A stretch of 64,000 nucleotides of DNA from a virus: positions 21,482 to 85,481 of the IMG/VR virus record IMGVR_UViG_3300046674_000362; one strand, given 5' to 3'. Below, piece after piece: positions 57,220 through 64,000 of the stretch (position 1 is the first letter of the stretch; each line of letters opens with the position of its first letter). The translations under genes and the position numbers were made by a program. A model generated the notes under the pieces. The model was not told where the DNA came from. It saw only the letters and a list, made by a program, of their open reading frames with translations, and ran no database searches.

Positions 57220-57249
57220 TTGACGAATCGAATTGTGAGCGCGTACACT
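57220..57249 (+). promoter_or_regulatory. repeated sigma70 promoter/operator, copy 7
   Basis: TTGACG-AATCGAATTGTGAGCGCG-TACACT. Confidence 0.85.
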
Positions 57250-57297
57250 GCGAAGCATCAGCGGCGCACTGGGCGCGGCGACACCGGACGAAAGATC

Positions 57298-57438
57298 ATG
57301 AGCGCATCGAGCATCAAGGAAATGATGGACAACTGGGCCAAGACCGAGGCGGACGCCCGCGCTGCCAACCCTGACGCCAGCGACGAACAGATTTACCAGA
57401 TGACCGCCGACGCGATGAGCAAATCGCTGGGCCTGTAA
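57298..57438 (+). CDS. small hypothetical protein
   Basis: 46 aa, first ORF after promoter copy 7. Confidence 0.55.
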   Translation: MSASSIKEMMDNWAKTEADARAANPDASDEQIYQMTADAMSKSLGL

Positions 57439-57454
57439 CGACAACAACGGAGAA

Positions 57455-58159
57455 ATGACCATGCTGAAAAATGAAATCCTGAACGTAGATGGCACGAACT
57501 GGCTGATCCGCGAGGCCACCAATTACGACGAGGTTCACAACGCTATCGCAGCGGCGCGAGTCACCGGCAGCATCGGCGGCAGGCATGCCGAGCGACTCGG
57601 CGACGGCCCGGTAACGGTGCTTGCCGACGTGGTGCGCCTGAACGACGATGGCACCGAATGCCTGCCCTACGGCGAGAAGGGCGGCACCGACCATAGCGCC
57701 CTCGTCGCCCTCGCCAAGCTCCGCGCCGACTACGACCAGCTCGGCCGCGCCCTGAATCAAGCGAACCTGCGCAACCGCGTGTATGCCGGTGCGCTCGCGC
57801 AGATCGACGCATGGGTTACGGCCGCCGATCCGTGCTACCACGAAGCCGAATTCCTGCGCACCATCATCACCAAGGAAATCACCGAGGCGCACGCCACCAT
57901 CGCCGAGGCGCGAGCCGCCGCGAAGCAAGGGCAGCAGCTCGCGCCTACCGATCTGCTGGTGCTCGCCCCCGAGGCGCGCGGCCTGGACCTGAACGATTCC
58001 GCCGACCGCGAGCACTTCCGCGTCCGTGTCGCCCTCCGACTGCAAGGCTATGCCATCGAAGTGATCCGCCGCTGGGTGAGTAACCCGGCGCGCGACCGCG
58101 ACACCATCGTGCGCGCCATCGCTGACGCCTATATCGCGCACGCCTGCGCCGCCAAATAA
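57455..58159 (+). CDS. hypothetical protein
   Basis: 234 aa, GGAGA RBS. Confidence 0.65.
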   Translation: MTMLKNEILNVDGTNWLIREATNYDEVHNAIAAARVTGSIGGRHAERLGDGPVTVLADVVRLNDDGTECLPYGEKGGTDHSALVALAKLRADYDQLGRALNQANLRNRVYAGALAQIDAWVTAADPCYHEAEFLRTIITKEITEAHATIAEARAAAKQGQQLAPTDLLVLAPEARGLDLNDSADREHFRVRVALRLQGYAIEVIRRWVSNPARDRDTIVRAIADAYIAHACAAK

Positions 58160-58186
58160 CCGCCATACCCACTACGGAGAACTACC

Positions 58187-58486
58187 ATGAGCCAATCTTG
58201 CCCCCGCTGCTACAAGATCGTAGCCCGCGCCTGCCAGTCCGAAACCGAATCGGCCGAGTGCCGCGAGCTACGCAATCAGCGCCCCCTGGAAAAGTCCAAT
58301 GAGTACAGCGTCACCATCGGCGAACGCCTGTTCACTGCGAAACGCAGCGGCCCGGACGCCGCATGGCAGGTGGACTATCCCGAGGGCGGTTTCCAGCGCC
58401 ACGGCACCAAGAGCGAAGTCGCCAACCTGATCCGCGCCAAAGCGCGCGAGCTGGCCGCCGCTGACGCCGAGGCCGACGCCTCCTGA
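58187..58486 (+). CDS. hypothetical protein
   Basis: 99 aa, GGAGA RBS, N-terminal CxxC. Confidence 0.6.
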   Translation: MSQSCPRCYKIVARACQSETESAECRELRNQRPLEKSNEYSVTIGERLFTAKRSGPDAAWQVDYPEGGFQRHGTKSEVANLIRAKARELAAADAEADAS

Positions 58487-58498
58487 CCAGGGGAACTC

Positions 58499-58711
58499 AT
58501 GAAAACAGAAGATACCTACATCGTCCACCAGTCGCCTAAACAGAGCTGCCGCGCGGCGCTGGCCCACATCATCGTGATTGTTGACGCCAGCTCAAAGAAG
58601 GAGGCCATCGAAAAGGCCAGCACCCCGGAAGGAGGTATCAACGCCTCCGACAAGGACTACAAGAAACCCATAGCTGACAAGGTGCATAAGGGCGGCGTCT
58701 ACCACCTGTAG
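58499..58711 (+). CDS. hypothetical protein
   Basis: 70 aa; VDASSKKEAIEKA motif. Confidence 0.55.
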   Translation: MKTEDTYIVHQSPKQSCRAALAHIIVIVDASSKKEAIEKASTPEGGINASDKDYKKPIADKVHKGGVYHL

Positions 58712-58807
58712 ACCAGCCCGCCCCGCGTCACCCATGCCCGCCCCGAGCGGGCTTTTCCCGTAGAAGGCGGCGCACTTAGGCGCGGCCACCACTCAAGGAA
58801 ATGACCG

Positions 58808-59599
58808 ATGGCTGAATTCATCAATCAACACGTCGAGCCGCCGCTGGATGGCTTCAACGCAATGGGGAAGCCGATCCCGGCCGATCAGCGCCAGCACGGC
58901 TATGACACTTGCAAGGAAATGGGCCTCGACTCGGCGCGCGCCTGGGAGTGCGTCAATGCGACTGCCGAACAGCTCGAACGCGACAAGCCGCACGAGGCCC
59001 AGGGCGCGGCCATGAAGTTCCTCGACCTGACCGGCGCGTATCGCCTCATGGCGGTGCTGCTGACCAAGGCAGGTGAACAGATCAAGCCTGTCGGCCGCAA
59101 TGCCGATCTGCGCGACGGTACGACCATTCGCGACGGCGAGGGCAAGCAGTACCGCGTGCATTACATGCGCAACAGCCTGATCGTCGCGCATCCTATTGTG
59201 GACGGCAAGGCGCAGGTAAGCCGCGATACCACGGTTCGGTTCTGGACCGACCCCGATATGCCGACAGCGGGAGAGAACGACCGCACCGATCCAGTGTACG
59301 TCGTCAGCCCGCCCACTGCCCCGGCGACGAAGCCCCGCCGCGAGGCTACCGCGCGCATGCTCCGCGACTACCCGAAGGTGCAAACTGTCTGGCTGGTCGA
59401 AGTTCCGCACACGAACGGCCGCACCAAGCAATACAAGGCCACCACCTACCCGGATAGCGAGCTGATCTTCCTCGAATCGTCGCCGCGCGGCCGGGCCATC
59501 GCCGCAGGCAACACGAAGAACCTGCTGCCCGCCGTCCGCGAGGCCATCGCCAAGGCGCGCACCGCCACCACCCAGGAACCCACCGGAGAACCGCAATGA
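58808..59599 (+). CDS. hypothetical multidomain protein
   Basis: 263 aa, AAGGA RBS. Confidence 0.65.
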   Translation: MAEFINQHVEPPLDGFNAMGKPIPADQRQHGYDTCKEMGLDSARAWECVNATAEQLERDKPHEAQGAAMKFLDLTGAYRLMAVLLTKAGEQIKPVGRNADLRDGTTIRDGEGKQYRVHYMRNSLIVAHPIVDGKAQVSRDTTVRFWTDPDMPTAGENDRTDPVYVVSPPTAPATKPRREATARMLRDYPKVQTVWLVEVPHTNGRTKQYKATTYPDSELIFLESSPRGRAIAAGNTKNLLPAVREAIAKARTATTQEPTGEPQ

Positions 59600-60204
59600 C
59601 CACCGACCGAGAGCGCGACGACCAGCACACCGCCCTTGTGCTGGCTGCTGAGACAGCCCTGACCAGCGCCGAGCGCGCAACATTCCTTTCCCGCTTCGAC
59701 CGCTCGCAAGCAGGCGCGAGCGTCGCCGATGTTCTCGACACGCTGCACAGCAATGATTCCAACATCGAACTGGTGGAGCAGCTTGCCGAGCGCCACGGCA
59801 ACCAAGTGCCCGAGCCGGGCCTACTCGCCGTCGCTATCCAGATCGCGAACCAACTGGACTATCAAGGCTTGTTCATGCGGCCGTGGGAAACCCTAGAACC
59901 GCTCATCGAGCGCATCCGGCCGCTGCTGGGCCTGCCCTCCTGGGAGCTGCGCATTGAAAGGGAAAAGCGCGACAAGCTGGAGCTGCTGGCCCCGCTGGGC
60001 TTCGAGGACTATGACGACGGCGAGCAACCCGGTGCGATCTGGCACCCGCTGATCGGCAACATCAACTACGGCAGCGTCCGACTGGACAACGTGATCGACC
60101 TCGCGTTCAAGGCCGGGCAGCAGCAGGGCATGAGCGAGCTGCGCGCCAAGTTCCGCGCCCTGCTCGATGTCGCCCCGGCACCGCGCCCCGAGGACGGCCA
60201 ATGA
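59596..60204 (+). CDS. hypothetical protein
   Basis: 202 aa, ATGA-coupled. Confidence 0.6.
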   Translation: MTTDRERDDQHTALVLAAETALTSAERATFLSRFDRSQAGASVADVLDTLHSNDSNIELVEQLAERHGNQVPEPGLLAVAIQIANQLDYQGLFMRPWETLEPLIERIRPLLGLPSWELRIEREKRDKLELLAPLGFEDYDDGEQPGAIWHPLIGNINYGSVRLDNVIDLAFKAGQQQGMSELRAKFRALLDVAPAPRPEDGQ

Positions 60205-60449
60205 GGATCGACGCGCGATTCAACAAGCGGACGGCCGATCAGGTCGAAGTCGCCACGCCAGCGGTGCAGGCCGGGCCGCAGTACGAGCTGGGCATGCGCG
60301 TGATGTTCTTCGCGACGAACGGCAGCGACAAGGGCCAGCTCGCCGCGAACATGAGCCCGATGGAGGCGCTGGCGTTCGCCGCCGAGCTGGTGACGACTGC
60401 CACCCGGCAACTGAAATACGAACAGGAGCGGGCCGCAAAAGCGAAATAG
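60201..60449 (+). CDS. hypothetical protein
   Basis: 82 aa, coupled, terminator follows. Confidence 0.6.
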   Translation: MRIDARFNKRTADQVEVATPAVQAGPQYELGMRVMFFATNGSDKGQLAANMSPMEALAFAAELVTTATRQLKYEQERAAKAK

Positions 60450-60465
60450 CCCCGCAGACCCCGCC

Positions 60466-60490
60466 AGCCCGCGCCCAGCGGGCTTTTTTT
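60466..60490 (+). terminator. intrinsic terminator
   Basis: AGCCCGCGCCCAGCGGGCT plus T-run. Confidence 0.75.
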
Positions 60491-60555
60491 CGTCCGTCCG
60501 ATACTTTCCTCGTCCAGACCGGCGCGCGGCTTATAGAGCCTCTAATCGCGCCGCC

Positions 60556-61044
60556 CTACTCCAGCGGCCAGAACCACGCCTCTTTGCTGGTCCAGTAGCA
60601 GTCATTCCCGCAGGCCAGCTCCCCAGCCCCGCCGAGCTGCGGCGAAATTATGTCGATGTGGCCGCCCTCATAGAGCCCCGGAATCAGGTGGAAGAACGAC
60701 ACGATGCCGCTGCGCCGCCCTATCAGCTCCGCAATTGCCGGGCCACTCCCGGCCTTCTCAGGATTGCCGAGCATTAAGGGGCGCGCAAGGATATGGGACA
60801 GCTTGATCTGCCCAGGCTCGATCATCTTGCCCTTGTGCGTCCCGGCCCTCACCTGTAGCCGTCCGTCAGGAATGTGGACGCCGGAACGCAGCAGTGCGAG
60901 GCTGGCTCGGATCGCGCAGGTATCGTGATAGGCCGGGTTTGGAATCAGGTCATCCCATCCGAGCTGGTGGAACAGCACCTCTCGGCTAATGTCGCGCCTG
61001 CGCGGGTACGCCTGCATCAGAACGGGGAACGGAATGGATCGCAT
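60556..61044 (-). CDS. T6SS peptidoglycan amidase effector, Tae4 family
   Basis: Start re-set to MRSIPF after GGAGG; DTCAIRASLAL (catalytic Cys), GIVSF, GHIDI (His), terminal WFWPL. Confidence 0.85.
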   Translation of the reverse strand: MRSIPFPVLMQAYPRRRDISREVLFHQLGWDDLIPNPAYHDTCAIRASLALLRSGVHIPDGRLQVRAGTHKGKMIEPGQIKLSHILARPLMLGNPEKAGSGPAIAELIGRRSGIVSFFHLIPGLYEGGHIDIISPQLGGAGELACGNDCYWTSKEAWFWPLE

Positions 61045-61046
61045 CG

Positions 61047-61454
61047 CTACCTCCGCGCAGGACAGGGGAATCGGGCGATATAGAGGCGCACCAGCTCGGC
61101 GGCGGCGCTTCTCGGCATGGTGCCCGCCCGCTGACGCAGCTCGTCCCAAATCCGGTCATCTACCTCGCCGGGCTTCATTCCAGGCGGCGCGCACCAGAGC
61201 CGCCCTTGCGTCGCATCGACCACGCCCGCCTGATAGCCTTCGGCGTAGCGCTGCGCATAGGCTGCGTCCGGGCGCTGATGCCACTTGTCCACGCCCGGCT
61301 GACCAGATACCTGCGCCACGAAATCATTACCGGAGAGGTGCCAGGGGAATACAACCAGCGGGCTCGCGGCAGCGTAGGCGGCAGCCACAACGATGCTCAG
61401 CACCACGACACCCCGCACGGACCTCCTGCGGCGCAATGTGCCGGGCCGCATCAT
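61047..61454 (-). CDS. Rap1a/Tai-family periplasmic immunity protein
   Basis: Signal peptide, SGNDF, GYQAGVVD, WCAP, terminal FPC; ATGA-coupled to hcp. Confidence 0.8.
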   Translation of the reverse strand: MMRPGTLRRRRSVRGVVVLSIVVAAAYAAASPLVVFPWHLSGNDFVAQVSGQPGVDKWHQRPDAAYAQRYAEGYQAGVVDATQGRLWCAPPGMKPGEVDDRIWDELRQRAGTMPRSAAAELVRLYIARFPCPARR

Positions 61455-61942
61455 GCCACCCTGTTCGCTGACAAGTCCCAGCCGCCCGCCGTATTGCCGC
61501 CCGCGCCGCCCGTAATCTTCTGCATGCAATACTTCCACTTGACCTTGCCGAACTTGAGGCCGATATGCTCCTGCATCACGTCGCCACCGTTGACGCCCTG
61601 CGCCACCGATGCGATCAGCACGTTCTCCAGCTCGACCTCGTAGTATTTGACCCGCGTTCCGCTGCCGTCCGCGCGCATGAATTCGAGCTTGGCCTTCGGG
61701 ATCGTCTTGCCCATCGCGCAATGCTGGGCCAGTATCGGCGATGCGAGGTCCGCCGCCTTGTTGATGCTTACCTCTGTGAATTCGACTCGCTCGGCCGTGT
61801 GGCCGCCCGCCGTCGAGCTGGTCGCGCTCTTGGGCTGGGATAGCGCCCAGTTCACCGAACTACACTCGATCCAGCCCTTATGCGCATCGTCGCTCGACTC
61901 GCCCTTGATGCCCTCGACCTGCAAATACACGTCTATCGCCAT
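61451..61942 (-). CDS. hcp: Hcp (TssD) type VI secretion tube protein
   Basis: YLQVEGIKGESSDDAHKGWIEC, DLASPIL, KYYEVELENVLI, GWDLSAN; AGGAGG RBS. Confidence 0.95.
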   Translation of the reverse strand: MAIDVYLQVEGIKGESSDDAHKGWIECSSVNWALSQPKSATSSTAGGHTAERVEFTEVSINKAADLASPILAQHCAMGKTIPKAKLEFMRADGSGTRVKYYEVELENVLIASVAQGVNGGDVMQEHIGLKFGKVKWKYCMQKITGGAGGNTAGGWDLSANRVA

Positions 61943-62028
61943 GATTTTCCTCCTAGCCATGCAAGGAAGTCATCATGAGTTATGTGCGCACAGCCCGCAT
62001 TGCGCCCCAGCATGGATTCCGGGCTACC

Positions 62029-62066
62029 AAAAGCAAAGGCCCGACTGTCTCTCAACAATCGGGCCT
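62029..62066 (-). terminator. putative intrinsic terminator upstream of hcp
   Basis: AGGCCCGATTG...CAGTCGGGCCT followed by TTGCTTTT on minus strand. Confidence 0.5.
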
Positions 62067-62255
62067 CGGCCCGGCCGCCACCCGACGACCTCATGGGCTA
62101 TGCCCGAGGCGGATCATACCGCCTTATCGCCGGGCAGGCAAAGCGACTTTTTCGCCATCGCCCGCCCGGAATCCATGTCCGTATGTCCCGCCCTGTCCAC
62201 AATTCGTTTGCCTAGCTTTTGGGCAGTCTTAAACCGGGTGCCCGGAAGCGCTCGA

Positions 62256-62498
62256 TTACGGCGCGGGCGCGGCCTCGTGGGTCACCGGCACGACTTCGGA
62301 CTGAGTCTCGATCCAGACCCTCGCGCCGCAGGAAAGCGGCTTTTCCGGGCTATGCACTACCTTGCTCGGGCCGTTGATGATGGCCTCATGGGCATACGTG
62401 TTGCTCTTGTGCGTCTTGATGGTCAGCGCCGGATCGTTCGCCCCGTTCTTGAGGTTCGCCCGGATTACGTGTTGGTTCACATGGATGATGGTTTTCAT
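62256..62498 (-). CDS. conserved small phage protein
   Basis: MKTIIHVNQHVIRAN...KPLSCGARVWIET, recalled as widespread in phages. Confidence 0.7.
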   Translation of the reverse strand: MKTIIHVNQHVIRANLKNGANDPALTIKTHKSNTYAHEAIINGPSKVVHSPEKPLSCGARVWIETQSEVVPVTHEAAPAP

Positions 62499-62526
62499 GC
62501 TGCTTTCGGTTGAGTGTTGCGGGATG

Positions 62527-62811
62527 TCACTTGTTTCGTTTCGTCCGCTGCTCGCGGTGGCGCTTGCCGGTGCGGGGTGGCGGCAGGATCGGCCCGGCCC
62601 AGCGCTTCGGGGCGGCCTTGACCGGGTAAGGCTGCGGCGGCAGCTCGGGCAGCAGGTGCGCATCGCGCAGCAGGGCCGCGCCCAGGTCGGACGCCTCGAC
62701 CGCCTGGGGAACGTGACGCGACGCCACCAGCACCGCGCCAGAACCGCGTAGGGCCGCTTCCAGCGCCGCGCCGAGGGATGGGCCTGCCCCGATCACCAGA
62801 ACCGTGCTCAA
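62527..62811 (-). CDS. hypothetical protein
   Basis: TTG start overlapping upstream TGA, GGAGG RBS. Confidence 0.5.
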   Translation of the reverse strand: MSTVLVIGAGPSLGAALEAALRGSGAVLVASRHVPQAVEASDLGAALLRDAHLLPELPPQPYPVKAAPKRWAGPILPPPRTGKRHREQRTKRNK

Positions 62812-63197
62812 GCGGCCTCCAGCGGTAGCGGGAGCTGGTCGCCGGGCTGCTGCCGGGCTTCGATGGCCGCCAGGAAGTGCGCGGAGTCGGCCCGCCTGTA
62901 TTCCCACAAGCGCGCGTGCTGCGGGTAGCGCACGGCGAACGCGCGCGCCAGATCGGGAGCCATGTGGTCATTGATCTTGAAGCTGCACGCCCCGGCCTCG
63001 CGCAACCGGGTGTAGTGCCTGATTTCCTCCACGATGGTGCGGGCTGAGAAATGCGTCCACCCGGCCGCGATGAGGTCGAGCGTTTGGCGCTCGAACTGCT
63101 GCCAGATCGGGTCATTGATGCCCAGCCAGTCCAGAAATTCGGGACGGAAGTAGGCCGCGAACGGCAGCAGATCATCATTGCGGTTCGGGTCCGTCAT
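62808..63197 (-). CDS. hypothetical protein
   Basis: Start MTDPNR after AGGAGG; FSARTIVEEIRH...FKIND motif. Confidence 0.65.
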   Translation of the reverse strand: MTDPNRNDDLLPFAAYFRPEFLDWLGINDPIWQQFERQTLDLIAAGWTHFSARTIVEEIRHYTRLREAGACSFKINDHMAPDLARAFAVRYPQHARLWEYRRADSAHFLAAIEARQQPGDQLPLPLEAA

Positions 63198-64000
63198 GCG
63201 GCCTCCTGATCGAGCGGGGTGCCGTCCGGCTTCATCCCCATAGATGCCATGAGCTTTGCGCGGGCCTCGTCCTTGGCGCTGCCGTCGTTGGCCGCTTCCT
63301 CGCCCGCGAGGTTGTAGTAGGCGTCCTCCAGATAGGCGAACGACAGCGAATCCCATATGTCCGGCGACGGGATGCCCTCTTTGCGCATATCCTCTTTCTT
63401 GGCGATGTAGCGGCGGGCCTTCTCGTCGTAGTGGTACGGGATGCGCGAGCCTTCGCGCACGATCTGCTTGACGATGGCCGGGTCAATCCCCTCATCAATG
63501 CCGAATCGGCCCTCCTGCACGGCGCGGGACAGGCCGCAGATCGCTTGCGCGCGCTGGTTCGCATAGCGGTCCTTGTATTCCTTCTTGAAGTTCGGGATGC
63601 CCCAGTTCACTTTCTTGAAGTTGTGGAAGTCGGCCTTTTCGAGCTGCTTGCAAACGCCCAGGCCGATACCGCCCGCGTCCACCAGCGCCATGCTGTTGTT
63701 GAGCTGGCCCGCCTCGGTGATGATCCGGCCTGGGAGGTCGGACACATCCTGATCGTTCGAGCACACCGGCACCTTGACGAGCTGGACGCGGCGCGCGTTG
63801 TCGCCATACTCGCCGTCACCCGTCACCTTCAGCGCCAGCACCACGCTCTTGTCGCGGTAGCCGCCACCGCCCACGTCCACCGGCAGCAGCCACCCGAACG
63901 GCTCATCCGGGCGCACGGCGATGAGGCCGACGCATGCCTGAATGGCCTTTGGACCCAGCAGGTACTTGCTCGACTGCTCACTGAAGCGGCCCAGCACCTT
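63194..64000 (-). CDS. pacB: terminase large subunit PacB, C-terminal nuclease part (5' end outside window)
   Basis: VDVGGG..RDKSV, VDAGGIG, YANQRA, SPDIWD match P1 PacB-type RNase H-like domain. Confidence 0.85.
   Translation of the reverse strand, partial: KVLGRFSEQSSKYLLGPKAIQACVGLIAVRPDEPFGWLLPVDVGGGGYRDKSVVLALKVTGDGEYGDNARRVQLVKVPVCSNDQDVSDLPGRIITEAGQLNNSMALVDAGGIGLGVCKQLEKADFHNFKKVNWGIPNFKKEYKDRYANQRAQAICGLSRAVQEGRFGIDEGIDPAIVKQIVREGSRIPYHYDEKARRYIAKKEDMRKEGIPSPDIWDSLSFAYLEDAYYNLAGEEAANDGSAKDEARAKLMASMGMKPDGTPLDQEAA

Larger units (their letters stand above)
1..64000. mobile_element. P1-like temperate myophage / probable phage-plasmid (partial genome)
   Basis: Recognisable P1-type genes (darB, ulx, prt, pro, bplA, bplB, pmgA, gp7, gp22, gp23, gp25, gp26, pacB) span the whole window; no host housekeeping genes seen; dif-like site present. 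Confidence 0.9.

Noticed and set aside
14391-57249. The seven repeats as a CRISPR array
   Set aside because: They are dispersed over 43 kb and separated by genes, not by 30-40 nt spacers; no cas genes
61451-61942. Hcp gene as the phage's own tail tube
   Set aside because: The sequence is canonical T6SS Hcp, it is linked to effector and immunity genes, and a separate BplB-like tube gene exists at 7653-8141

Overview
GC-rich (roughly 65% by eye) segment of a P1-like myophage, probably a phage-plasmid; the host is plausibly a Burkholderiales-type betaproteobacterium (inference). The minus strand carries P1-like morphogenesis genes in a shuffled order: sheath, major capsid, tube, spike, Sit-like tape measure/lytic transglycosylase, portal, prohead protease, baseplate, tail fibre and the 3' part of the PacB terminase. 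It also carries an enlarged Dar antirestriction/head-cargo block (DarA-like, DdrB-like, two extra DarA_C-like proteins, DarB, Ulx, Hdf-like). The plus strand carries arrays of small accessory ORFs. Two dispersed regulatory motifs are directly visible. (i) Seven copies of a TTGACG-N18-TACAAT promoter enclose a palindrome whose best copies match the symmetric lac operator at 18/20; each heads an accessory-gene cassette. (ii) Nine copies of AGGAAAA-N29-(-10 hexamer) with invariant spacing; eight precede late operons. Also present: a 28-bp XerCD dif-like site, a serine recombinase, and an orphan T6SS hcp-Rap1a immunity-Tae4 amidase module. No replication, partition, repressor or lysis genes were recognised. 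All family assignments come from motif recognition and recalled similarity, not from database searches.
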